Notes: generated by a model not told the origin, from the letters alone. A stretch of 64,000 nucleotides of DNA from Octopus sinensis (GCF_006345805.1 NC_043015.1:13764001-13828000), one strand, 5' to 3'. Positions 28,096-40,681 are shown, numbered from the stretch's first letter. Made by a program: numbers and translations.

Positions 28096-28438
28096 GTAAA
28101 ATGGAAGTAGATAAGTTCTCGGCAACCAAATCTGTAATCTACTTTCAATTCTGGTTTGAAGTTTTTTTTTCAATTCACTTCCATTACAGTTTCCATTTAC
28201 ACCTTCTCTAAATATTTAGGTTTCGTGTCTTTCGGAGGAAGTATTGTAAAGATAAACAACCTTAGTGTTTCCACCCACTCCTTCTACGGGACACTAAGAT
28301 AGTAAGCTACATTCAGAATAGACATAATGACAATAGATATACTTAATGAAAGAGTATGTATCTAGTAGAATATGAATATGTTTTGTACATGCCACATGTG
28401 CTTAGGTTTGGACTCAACTCAAATCTGTTTCATTATCA

Positions 28439-28658
28439 TTAACCTTTTGACATTCAAACCAGCTGTGTCTGGCCCAAATATTCTACTGATTCTATGTTCA
28501 AACCAATCAGATCTGGCCTCTTATACTTATCCTACAATGTCATTCTCAAAAATAAAAGTCACCTTATCAAAATTCTGAACCTAGAGATAATGTATGATTA
28601 TTTTAAACAATAAATTAGTATTACACTTCACTTAGTAATCTGAATGCTAAAGAGTTAA
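28439..28658 (-). mobile_element. piggyBac-type MITE family 1 copy
   Basis: Reverse complement of the 47611 copy; TTAA at both ends. Confidence 0.7.
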
Positions 28659-28673
28659 CTCTTTAGCATTCAG
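28640..28673. repeat. perfect 34-bp palindrome centred on a MITE TTAA terminus
   Basis: ctgaatgctaaagagtt|aactctttagcattcag. Confidence 0.95.
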
Positions 28674-29592
28674 GTTACAAGTACTATAAAAGTGAAAAAA
28701 CCTGTGGCAGAGATCACAAATCTTACAACTCCTGATCAACCATCTCATTTCTTCCTTACCTGTAATGAGCAATTTCCTTCTTTGATTATTGGGCTAAAAT
28801 GGAATTAAACCAACCTTTTTTTATATGTACTGCTGGCCTAACTACTAGGATATCAAACTTTTGACTTAATATTTCATGGTTAATATATTGTACACTGGGT
28901 CCATAGCAAGCAAAATTAATCTCTTATTGGTTCGGTTATAATTAGGGTTAGTTATATATGGGTATTGTAAATAAGTAACACTATTTGATATATGTTGCAT
29001 GAGGTCTGCATAGTCAACAACTGCTGAATCATATAGCTTGAGACATGGAATCTATTATGATAATTCACAATATATACACATTCCATAAAAACATAGCCTT
29101 CACTAGTGTTCGAACAATCCAATGCTTTATGGGACTCAATGTTGTGTTATGTAATCTTATTAGAATTTGAAACATATAACTACATTCTATTAAGAATACA
29201 CTTTCTATAAGAATCTGTATTCTTAAAAGGTAACAACAGTTCTATTTTATTTTTGTGGGTTTGAGAGTTACATCCAATGTGTGCATGCATACATATGTGT
29301 ATATGCATTCTATTATAATTAGCTTTATATGCGTGGTTGAATCAGTAAATTGAATGAATAGGATGTCATTTGTGCTTATCGTTTGCTATCAACATCCCAC
29401 TTCTTCATAATAATTGCACAAACTAAGGATGGAAACTTGGATTGAATATTTCACATTGTTTATTTCCTTACACTGTGAATGATATCTCTTCTAAAGGAAG
29501 CCTTATTTAATTAATGAGCTATTTCTGATATTGTTAGTTGGCTTGCCATCAAATTAGTTGTAACAGTATGTGTGTTTTTTTTTCTGTCACAG

Positions 29593-29647
29593 ACAGAGGA
29601 TATTTCTGGAAAAGAGATGAAGAGAGCTGCTTAATTTGATTTACAAT
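29593..29647 (+). CDS. exon with strong splice signals containing a stop (phase 1: YRGYFWKRDEESCLI*); terminal or poison exon
   Basis: gtgtgtttttttttctgtcacag| acceptor, CAAT|gtaaga donor; stops in all three frames; phase 1 joins 14999-15012. Confidence 0.35.
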
Positions 29648-30339
29648 GTAAGAATCAACAACAACTAAAGGAATAATAATGAGATCTTAATTAGGCATGG
29701 AGCTTTTGCTTGGTGTAGGAGTAGAAATAATAGATTTTCATGCTTTTCCTATATGTGGAATAAGATCAAGTGGTTACAACTGGAAATTGAAACTTAAGAA
29801 TCCATCCATTTAGAACCTAATACTACATCATTCACTAATTGTTAAATAATTTTGATTGTTTCTGACTAGGTGCAAGTTCTGTAATTTAAGGGGAGGGGAA
29901 TAGTTGATTATACTGACTCCAATACTTGACTGGTATTATTTTGTCCACCCTAGAGGGATGAACAAGTTGTTCTCATTGAGATTTGAACTCAGAATGTAAT
30001 ATAGCATAACTAAACACTGCACCATCTTAATTTCTTACAGGAGTCTCAGAAATTAGTGAGATGTGCAGTAGTTGATTATATCAACCCTAGTACTGGACTG
30101 GTTGGTACTGTATTTCACTGATCCCTGAAGGATGAAGGTAATGTTGACCATAGCAGGATTTGAATTTAGAACATGAAGAACCACAACAAATAACCCCCAC
30201 ACGCACACACACACACATCCATATTGAGTAGTCAAGTATATTTATTTTGATACTTGACTGATACTTTAAAAATTCAATTGGTTTTGATAGTGGAACAGTG
30301 TAGTAGATAGGACCACTAGAGCAAAGAAATAAACATGGA

Positions 30340-32340
30340 AGAGTGGTGGTAGCAGAGAACTATACAAGATAGCCAGAAGGGAAGCTTGAAGACAGGTATG
30401 TGTAGCTAGAGAAGGTTGCCAATGCTCTGTGGTATGAGGACTGGAGGCTTGAGGTGTTCTGGATTACAAGACAGTGTGTCAGAGAGAAATGCAATGTTGT
30501 GGGTGAGAAGTGCATTTGCATAGACGAGGGTTCACTTGCAGATAGTGATTCTTCAAAGAAAGAGGCTTGGAAGTGCCACTGTGAAAGGCTGTAAAATATA
30601 GAGAATGCATGGGAGATGGAGAGTCTGCCTAATGTGGACCCATCAGAGAGACCAGGTATCCGAATTGACAGGAGCTTATTAGATAAAGCAGTTAGGGATA
30701 TAAAGCCAGGGAAAGCCCTTAGCCCATCAGGAATCACTACTAAGATGCATAAAATATCCGGTGGAGTGGGATATGGTCTAGTCACTTGTATAGTTAATCA
30801 GGTTGGCCACAAAGGAGTCATACCTAATGATGTGTTGCAGCATTATAGTCAACTGTTACAAAGGTAAAGGTGATGCCTTAGACAGAAGTAATTACTGAAG
30901 TATCAAAAATAAATCTCTGTACTTAGTTTTTGTAGATATGAAAAAGTCTTTGACATGGTTCACTGCTCCTTTATCAGGTAGATAATGTGGAAGCTAAGGA
31001 GAGATGAGTGACTGATGAGAGCTATACAAGCCATGTATATGGATGCTGTCAGTATGGTGCAAGTTAACAACAAGTATAGCAATGAATTTAGTGTACAGGT
31101 AGGAGTTCACCAAGGATTGGTTCTCAGCTCCCTCCAGTTCATCATAGTCCTCCAGGATAGAATGCTCTTAGGAGTTCCTCTTTGCTGATGACCTTGTTCA
31201 TATAGCCAAATCACCACCAGAACTGGAGAAAAAGTTTCAGGTTTGAAAGCAAAATGTGGAATCAAAGGGCCTAAAAGTTAATTTTACAAAGACTAAAGTC
31301 CTAGCAAGTAAGAAAACAAGACAAATCACAAATCCCTTCAGGGAGATGGTCCTGCTTGAAAAGGTGTAGTTAGAAACTCCAGAAGGCGTACGCAGTGCAA
31401 GTTATGGACACAAGAAGTACCAAGGTATCATAGGAAGGTTAACAGAGAAAGTAGTCTTTGTGTGTGGCAGATGTGCTGGTACAATAAAAATTAGGAATAT
31501 ACAGAAAATAGACTTCCTCAAATGTCCTGGGAGATACTTAGAAGTAGTAGATAGCTTCCATTAAGCAGGTGACCAAGTCAACATAGGAGGAGGTTTCTCT
31601 GAGAGCACAGTTGGGCCAAGTTCAGAGAGCTTCAACTTTTGTTGGTAACAAAGCCTCTCTCTCAGAGTGAAAGGCAGATTGCATGATGCCTGTGTATGAA
31701 CAGCTACGCTACATGGCAGTGAAACTTGGGCTGTGACTGCAAAGGACACATGAAGGCTTAAAAGAAATTAACTCGGCATGTTCCGCTGGATGTGTATTGT
31801 CAGTGTGCATGTGTGACACAGTATGTTTTAAGAGAAAAATTGGTTATAAGAGGCATCAGATGTAATTTGCAAGAGAGAAGACTTTTTGGTCTTGTGTGTC
31901 CTTTTCAGTCATGCCCCCCCCCATATTACCTGACTGCTGTCAAACTCCCAGCAGGCATCTCACCTGTTGCAGACCCCTCACAATCTATCCACACACTCCC
32001 TATGCTCTCACTTATCTTCCCTACTCACTTCCCAACTGCTCCAATTTCCTTCACTATCATTTGCTACAGTCATGACTTCCCTATCCCTAAACATATCCCC
32101 TCACACTCTCATGGAACATCTCTCTCTGTTCCCTCTGCACTAGTTACCCCCCCCCCCAGTACACCCCTACACCATCTCTCTCTCTCTCTCTGACTGTTCC
32201 CCTAACTCTCTCCTAACTTCCTTGTCCTACTAGGGCAGCCAAGTAACTATTTCTATCCCTCTACCATATTTTGGCTTACCAGCTCTGGCCAAACTGTCTA
32301 ACTCATGCCAGCATAGAAAACAGATGTTAAGTAATAATGA
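30340..32340 (+). mobile_element. degenerate RTE (BovB-like) LINE: RT domain, C-terminus and pyrimidine-rich 3' UTR
   Basis: KPGKALSPSGI (=K.GKA.GPSGI), FVDM.K.FD, VQVGVHQG..LS, LFADDL motifs across frameshifts; ends in the gcatagaaaacagatgttaa..gatgat tail. Confidence 0.85.
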
Positions 32341-32540
32341 TGATATTTATCAACTCATTATAGCACCCACTATTATAATAATGATTTTAATAATATAGTA
32401 CTTTTTAATGTGAAATGAATTGAAAATTGACAAGGAGTTTGCTTGCCAAAAACTTCTCTAGTCCTGATTGCAATCATAAAATAATAATAATGACAGTGAT
32501 GAAGATGATCATCATAATAATAATAATAGCAATAATAATG

Positions 32541-33016
32541 ATGAGATGGGCTACAGCAAATATTCTGCTCAATACCACAGATTTGCTTGTCAGTTGTTTG
32601 ACCTTAACCAGTTGAGCATGTCCCTTAGTGGCTGACGATATGTGCATCTCTGATCACGAGCAGAAGTAGTGGGGGAGCATCATAGCCATGTGTTGAGAAG
32701 GGTTCTTTGGGGTTTGAATAATTCACCTCTGGAAACATGGGTGTTTCGTTCAACGTCCTTAAACAACCCTTATTCAGGGACCATTTGAGCAGGATGGGTT
32801 ACTCGATCTGAAGAAAATTCTAACTGGGCTCCACCTGCAAGGTCATGTGCTGTTTATCTTAATATGAGATCACCATGTCGCGCACATATGGGTGTGATGC
32901 ATGTGCCTGGTGTACCCTTATCAGACGGGTAGTCATGATGGGTATATTGGGCTTCGTATATTTTACCCCAGTGTCACTTTGATGGCATGCTCTGCTCGCT
33001 CACTCAATAATAATAA
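32541..33016 (+). mobile_element. unclassified GC-richer ~480-bp interspersed-repeat-like block between (TAA)n tracts
   Basis: Sharp composition change, CpGs retained, ends ctcactcaataataataa; no coding motif recognised; single copy in this window. Confidence 0.4.
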
Positions 33017-33500
33017 AGAAATTAATGATTGTAATGATAATTATTTTGTTGTTATTAAGGTGATGAGCTGGTAGTATCGTTAGGTAAAATGCTTAGCAGC
33101 ATTTCATCCATTGTTACGTTCTGAGTTCAAATTCTGCCGAGGTCAACATTGCCTTTCATCCTTTCGGGGGTCAGTAAAATAAGTACCAGTTAATCACATC
33201 ACTGGGATCATCATCATCATCATCATCATCGTTTAGCGTCCGCTTTCCATGCTGGCATGGGTTGGACTTACCCACCACCTTCAAAATTGCTGGCCTTGTA
33301 CCAAAATTTGAAATGTTGTTATTATTATCATTATTAAGGCAGTGAACTTGCAGAATCATTATCACACCAGACAAGAAGTTTAGTGGCATTTCATCTGTTT
33401 CTATGTTCTGAATTCAAGTTCCACTGAGGTCAGCTTTGCTTTTTATCCTTTCAGGATTGATGACAGAAGTACCAGTTGAGCCATTATTATTATTATTATT

Positions 33501-34595
33501 CTATTTTTGACTTTTGCTTTACATTTGTCAAGTTGGCTCCAAGTCTCACCCAGAAACCTCAAGAGACAAGTTTATGCTGGTGTTATGCCTAGGTTGCCAT
33601 ATATTTGATTTTGTACTTAGTGTTGTACTAGTGAATGTTTAAGAAACCATAAGAAAATTATGTTTGTTTTAAAACTTGAGATTACATAGAAAGTATTTTG
33701 CGTAGGATATGAGCAGTTCCCATGAGCATTATCTTTTGAATTTCTGCCATTTTGGGGTTTCCTGGTATCTGCACTAGTTAACAATCAGCCCCAGCACACC
33801 TATGACAACAGGTATTGTTTTAGTCTTCGGGTTCCACATTTTGTTAATTTCTATTTCGAGATCTTTATATTTGCTCAGTTTTTGGTAGGTCTTGACAGAT
33901 ACGTTTATATCGATTGGGACACTCATATCAATGAGGAGGCATGATTTTTGTCTGAAGTCTTTCAATAGGATGTCTGGCCTATTCGCATCTATCTTTTTGT
34001 CAGTTTGAATGGTGAAGTTCCAGAGGAGTGAGATGTGATCATTTTCAAGCACTGGGGGTGGTTTGTGTTTCCACCTGTTTTTATCATGGGGCAAATCCAG
34101 GCTTTTGCAAATTACCCAGTGAATATACTGTGCAGCTCTATCATGCCTGTTGAGATACTCTGTAGGCACAAGAAGACTGCACCTGGAGACATGATCAATG
34201 GTTTCATTTTGTTGTTGACATACACAACATGTTGGGCTACTGCCGTTCTTTAATATGTTGGCCTGGTAGTTCCTTGTAGGTAGGCATTGATCTTGAACTA
34301 TGATAAACCCTTCTGTTTCAGATTTTAAGCCAGAGGCCATTGATGGGTCAGGGCTTTGTCAACATCAGCATTATTCGCTCTCTTTGGGTATTTTTGCTAT
34401 TGAGAGGTTTTTCTTGCCATTTATCATTCAGAATATCTAAGGCAGCAGTTTTAGCATGGGTTTTCATGCTCTTAGCTTTTTCTGTGCTTGTTTCTTGTAT
34501 GTCTAATTCCAAAATTTGTTGTATTCGGAATTCACTTAGATATTTCTTTGCCTGTTTTGTGATGATGCTTTCTTGTTTTCATGTTTTGAGATAAG

Positions 34596-34600
<5 letters not shown>
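33501..34600 (-). mobile_element. R4/Dong-clade non-LTR retrotransposon, 5'-truncated 3' end (zinc knuckle + restriction-like endonuclease)
   Basis: ORF 33774-34340: LKSETEGFII.QDQ, C..C...ETIDHV..C knuckle, RHD, NRPDILL..LIDMSVP..KYKDL (PD-(D/E)xK RLE); flanked by (ATT)n on both sides. Confidence 0.9.
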
Positions 34601-34626
<26 letters not shown>

Positions 34627-34639
34627 ATTATTATTATTA

Positions 34640-34673
<34 letters not shown>

Positions 34674-35592
34674 TTTTGTAAGGAGTGTAGCAATAGTTAG
34701 TTGAATTAACCCTTTTATATTACTGCTACACAAAGACATGAAGGGTAAAAAGCTTGATGGACTGGGAGATTAAAATGCAGAGAGTGATTGCTGAGGATTG
34801 ATTGAGAGAAGCAAGTTGGATTTGCACTGTTATGTTAAGATGTAAAGATGACTGATGATGCAAAGAAGTGATGTTTAGGGATGATGTATTCTTAGTTGAA
34901 ATAATCAGATTGTTGAGCCTTACCAATGAATCAGTGCAGGATGGAGACACAATGGAAAGTGTCAATGTAGAAAATCAGACATTACACAGGTCATGGATAG
35001 AATAATGAGGATGGCTGTATTTTATCATGAATAGAAATTATGGATGGGAATTGATTTGCTTTAGTTTATTATAAGCATCACAATATATTCAATATTATCT
35101 GAGCTGTAAGTGGCTGATCATTGTTGTAGTATTGAGGATATGCTAATGATTTTTAAGTGGAACAATCATGCTAGATTAACTGGTTTTATCAAACTGTCTC
35201 CATCATCAATATCTTCAAGGATACAAAAATATCACCTTGGTTAATCTTTACACTTAAATTATCAATACTTTGAAATAGCTATTTATTTCAAGATCTGTCT
35301 AATTTTGATATTGCCATAGTTTTAGGGATCAATGTGTACATTATTAATGTCAGTAAAATAGTGATGAAAACAGTAGGAGTATTGGCTCTGTTTGTACTCT
35401 TCTTCTTGTACGATAGTTTTGTTTAAAGTATACTTAGCAGTAGTGGGCTAAACAATTGATCAGCATCTCTAGTTGTAACCAGCCTGTCTTTATTGTGATT
35501 GCACATACTCACAATATTGATGCTGGAGAGGTTATAGAGAAGGGTTAATGGACCTTGTGGTAATAGTTATTCAATTTCTTTGTATTTTTCAG

Positions 35593-35635
35593 GCTTGTTC
35601 AGTCCATGTTGGCAACAAAACAATAATAGATTTTT
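35593..35635 (+). CDS. candidate exon (CLFSPCWQQNNNRF)
   Basis: ttctttgtatttttcag| strong acceptor; donor |gtatca. The phase 1 frame stays open for more than 30 codons and alternative donors lie further on. Confidence 0.35.
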
Positions 35636-35871
35636 GTATCAATTAATAACTCTGTTATGTCACATTTGTATGGTTTATGTAAAAACTACTAAATGAATTC
35701 TTGGTGCAGGAATTTAGATTCCATTCCATGACTCTTAAAAGTGAAATGAGAAAGCTTAGTGCTTACAGTAGATTTCTTTTTCTGAATATTTCTGAGGCTT
35801 TTGGATTGATGTAATCAACCTCAACATCTCCTCCAAAATTGCTGGCCTTGTGTCAAAATCCAGTATTTCCA

Positions 35872-36290
35872 AAGCACAGGTGTGGCTGTGTGGTTAAGAA
35901 ACTTGCATTCTAATCATGTTATCTTGGGTTCAGTCCCACTGCATGAAACCTTGGGCAAGTGTCTTCGATTATAACCCCAGGCTGACCAAAGTCTTGTGAG
36001 TGGATTTAGTAGATGGAAACTGAAAGAAGCCCATCATGTGTGTATGTGTGTGTACCCTTGTCTAAACATCATGTAATGTTTGTAAATGAGCATTATCATC
36101 ATACAAATGGAGGCTGTTCATTTCTAGTCTTCTATGAGAAACATGCCTGGTTATGGGGAAATATTACCTTGCTTGAAAACAGGTAAAGGTTGATGACAGG
36201 AAAGGCATCTGGCTGTACAAAAATCTGCCTCAACAGATTCCATCAGACCCATGTAAACATAGAAAAGTGGATATTAAAATGATGATGATG
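35872..36290 (+). mobile_element. SINE family A head with an RTE-type 3' tail
   Basis: Same head as 54881, but ends ..gacccatgtaaacatagaaaagtggatattaaaatgatgatgat, like the RTE tails. Confidence 0.75.
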
Positions 36291-37679
36291 AATCAGGCAT
36301 CTTAAGTTTCAAACCAAGACAGATTATAAATGAAATCATCTGTAGTCTTTTAAGCTGGTCCGGGCTAATTCAGCATGACATCTGCATACTTATCATTTTT
36401 TTAATTACATCATTCAATCTGCAACATTACTCTTAATTTTAAAATTTAACTATACCTTGTAAGTTTGTCCTATCAAGCACACTCACAAAGAAAAAAAAAT
36501 TCTGTTGTTCTGCCTTCACATGTTTAACTCTCACATAACTACATTAACAAATAAAATAATAACAGAAACCAAAATAAAGCAGGAAATCTTTTTTTATTGC
36601 CTATTTTAAATTCCTCCTGCAAAGGTCCACTATAAAATAAAAAGATTATCCCTCTTAAAGTAAATCTTTAATAATTGTGTTATGCAATAATAACATTTCA
36701 TGAATAACCTTTGATTTATTGATCAATATAAACTCTGTTTTTCTAATGTAGTTTTATTAAAAAGAAAAAGAAAATATTTTGTATGATATGACTACAAATT
36801 CTTCTAGTGTTGTTTTTGGACTCATTGCCAAATAAATACAACGAGCTCATTAAGTAAATATCAATAATTCTTAACCATTATCTTTCATGCAGTTTACAGT
36901 TTGAAGTTAGTTGCTCTGATTGATGAACTTATGCATACTTTGATATATATCTAATAGACTGGATATGTTTTTACATTGTTTTCTGATGATCTGACATTTT
37001 ACAGAGGTCTCTCATAGATGTTTGATTTCAATAATAAAAGTGTTCTCAACTTGAGATAATCTTTTGTGGATTTCATCTCTTAGTTTTTGTAACATGCAAT
37101 TTTTGTCAGTTAATGTTTCGCTATATTTATAATTAGTTCTGTTAGCACACCTATAGCTATATCTTTGCATACCTCTTCCTAATTCTATTTATGGATCACT
37201 ATTTCTATTATTATTGGTCAATCCTGAATGATAAATCTATGATTTCAGGTATGAACATCTCGTCTTTTAAGGGATATGTCTAGGGTGTGTATGAGACGTT
37301 TTGGCCTAGCTGTTTTGACATCACTGATTCAACGCTCACTTATCTGACAGCAAACATTTTGATTCTCTCTCTCTCTCTCTCTGTTTGCCTCCAGTGCCAA
37401 AATGTGCTGTCACCGAAACAGGCTGAATGTCTATCAACTGTGCCAAATTCTTCAGCATCCAAACAGCTGTGCCCATTTATTTCATTCCAATCTAGGACTA
37501 CTTTATCTCTAATGTATCCTTATCTTTTTTTAAAGATAGTAAGGTGTGATGTGAGAAATATGTGGCTGCTATTTCAAGCAGATTGAGTAACTGCATAGAC
37601 ATGCACTCATTGGACTGATGTATCACGTAACATTTTGAGCCGCTAATACATCAAGTAATATTTTAGATTAACATTATAG

Positions 37680-37686
37680 AGTAGAG
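37680..37686 (+). CDS. candidate 7-nt microexon
   Basis: acattatag|AGTAGAG|gtgagt; consensus donor; phase 2-0 bridges 35593-35635 to 40682-40723 (RF-LVE-VQRP). Confidence 0.25.
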
Positions 37687-37948
37687 GTGAGTTCTTGATG
37701 AAGTAAATTTATAACTTGATTTCAGTACCCATTTGTAGCCATTTCATCTCAGTTATATTGCTAACTCTCCATCTTGTATTGCCGCAATATTGCACCTGTA
37801 TTCGTTAAACAGCTTAGGTGTTTATGCCATTATAAATAGAATTTTAAAAAAAATTCAAAACAAAACACTCCAATGTACCACCATTGCAGATGTGTTATCA
37901 ATGATAAATTGTAAAATCAAATATACCACTAAAGAAAATATAAATCAC

Positions 37949-37985
<37 letters not shown>

Positions 37986-40226
37986 CATTGTTATTATTAT
38001 TGTTATTGTGTCGGGCTGGCAGAATTGTTAGCACATTGGATGAAATGCTTAGCGGTATTTTGCCCATTGCTGCGCTCTGAGTTCAAATTCTGCTGAGGTC
38101 AACTTTGCCTTTTTGTCCTTTCAGGGTCGTTTATAGTAGAAAGGATTATTATTATTTTTGTCGTTTTTGTTAAAGCTGTGAGCTGTCAAAATCATTAACA
38201 TGTCAGGCAAAGTGCTTAGCAGCATTTTGTGCCTATTGTAGAAAGGGTTGTTATTATTTGGCAAAATTTACCACAAACAAAAATGAGATTAAATGAATGA
38301 ATGAGGTGTGGTCGTTTTTTTCTGCAGAACTCTACTCTAGCATTCTCCTTTTTGAAATTTTACTAAGCTGGGTGGTCTTGTAGAAGCAGTTCATCAGATT
38401 GATTAATGTTTCAATGTTTTCTACTTTTCAATAAAAATCACGCCAATGTTGTAGCAACCTTAGTCTGATCCTTCCAAAAAAGGTTCACTCATGTTACTGT
38501 AGAGATTCTTGTCATCTTCATTTGGTTGAACTTAGGATGTGTTTTTGGAAAGAAGTTAAAGTTTGCAGATTGATCTAACCTCAATAATAGAGTATTTTAT
38601 AGTTAGGCTCAGGTGTAACTGTGTAGTTAAGAAGCTTGCTTCCCAATCATGTGGTCTTGGGTTCAGTGCTATTGTGTGGCACTTTGGACATGTGTCTTCT
38701 TTGGACCAACTAAAGTCTTGTGAGTTGATCTGGTAAACAGGAGCAGAAAGAAGCCCATTATGTGGGTGTGTGTGTGTGTGTGTGTGTACTCTTGTTTATG
38801 ATGTTAGAATTGTAAATGAGCATCATCATCGTCATACAAGCAAAGTTTGTTTCTAAACTTTTTTGTGAAAAGCATCAGGCCATGGGAAAATATTACTTTG
38901 TTTGAGGGTAGTGAGCTGACAGAATTGTTAGCTGAGCAAAGTGCTTAGTTGCATTTCATGTTTTTATGTTCGGAGTTAAAATTCCACTTTATCATTCATC
39001 TTTTTTGGGGTTTGATAAAGTAAGTTACCAGTTAAGCACTGGGATTGATGTAATCTCTCTCCTAAACATGCTGGCATTGTGCCATATAAAATCTGCTTCA
39101 GTATACTTTGTTCAAACCATGCAGAGCATGGAAAAGAGGATGTTAAATGGTGATAATAATGATGCATCCACTTAACAGTAAAGGTGTACAGCTAAAGGTT
39201 CTTAGGAGCCTTTAACAGGGTTCACTTTGTGGTGAAATAATCTGCCTAAATCCTCCCTATTTGGCGGTGCCCCAGCATGGCCACAGCTCATTAGCTGAAA
39301 CTGGAAAAATCAATCAAAATCAATCATTTCTTCATACTCATACTTTCTTGCTTATGTTCAAGCTGAACATCAACCCCATCCATCTCACCTGGATCTGAGA
39401 TGTTCTGACACAGATGATTTGGCCCTGTCTATTTGCCATCACTGATCCAATGCTTATTTAACACCAGATATTTCAATGGACCTCTTTTTCTCTCCCCACT
39501 CTCTGAGCACATTTCTGTTTATGCATCTGAGGAAAGGGAAAGCACATGTCAATCGTGTTCAGTTAATAAATCATAATGTCTCTCTCCCCCCCATCTTTCT
39601 CTCTCTCTGTAGATTTCTCTATATATGTATGTGTGTGTGTGTATTTGCATCCAGTGACAAAATGTACTGTCACCAAACAGGTTGAACATCCAGTCAGCAG
39701 TGTCCAGTCGCTAGCATCCAAATAGCTGCACCCAATTATCTCATTCCAATCTAGCAAGTTACTAAGCATGACCCCCTCCCCACCTTATCTGATTGTATTA
39801 TTAGAAAGCATTTATATTGTTTTGCAGTGTTGCTATGGTGAATATCATTTGCCATCAGAAAATTTATTTACTACTTTTCCTCTGCCTCTTCTTCCTTATC
39901 ATTCTCTACCCTTATTGACAACATTGCCAGCTAAGTCCATTTTATCCAATCTAGCATGGCTTAGATAAGTTGTTACAGAGCAGTCTGTTTGTGTTAATAG
40001 CTTGCCATAGTTTCATTGATCAAAAGAAATTTGCCCGTTCCTCTTACTTTGTTTATATTTTGCTTTATATGATAGTTACAGAGTCTTGCAGAAACTTACA
40101 TTCATAAAATATCTGAAGTATGATTGTTGTTAAAACTCATTAATTAGATTTGTATTTTATTTGTTCTGACGTTATTTAGTAGTGACACAAGTTTTGCTCA
40201 AGTTTCTCATTGATCTTTCTCCACCA

Positions 40227-40227
<1 letters not shown>

Positions 40228-40310
<83 letters not shown>
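40228..40310. repeat. compound (CT)n(AT)n microsatellite
   Basis: Direct inspection. Confidence 0.95.
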
Positions 40311-40311
<1 letters not shown>

Positions 40312-40519
40312 CTTTCAAATTTTGGCACAAGGCTAGCAATTGTTGGAGATGGTACAAGTCAATTACATCACCCCCAGTGTTTTGCTGGTACTTATTTTAT
40401 CAACCCGAAAAGCTGAAAGGCAAAGTTGACCCTGGCAGCATTTGAACTCACAATGCAAAGTCAGAAGAAATGCTGCTATGCATTTTTTTATGACAGTAAT
40501 GTTTCTGCCAGCTCATCAT

Positions 40520-40564
<45 letters not shown>

Positions 40565-40681
40565 GAGAAGGGCATTGTACTTTACTTGAAGCATTGTGAT
40601 ACTGATGTAAAATAACAAATGATGACGGAGAGCTTCTTACAATGCAAATAAGGAAAGTTAAGTAACTTTTATATGTTTCAG

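Noticed and set aside
28220-28301. Exon-like segment ending in gtaagc
   Set aside because: Two frames are closed, the third does not fit the chain convincingly, and the sequence looks like an old repeat fragment.
37146-37248. Hydrophobic open segment HTYSYIFAYLFLILFMDHYFYYYWSIL ending at gtatga
   Set aside because: Weak acceptors, composition explained by T/A-rich DNA, and no phase-compatible downstream partner. Not excluded.
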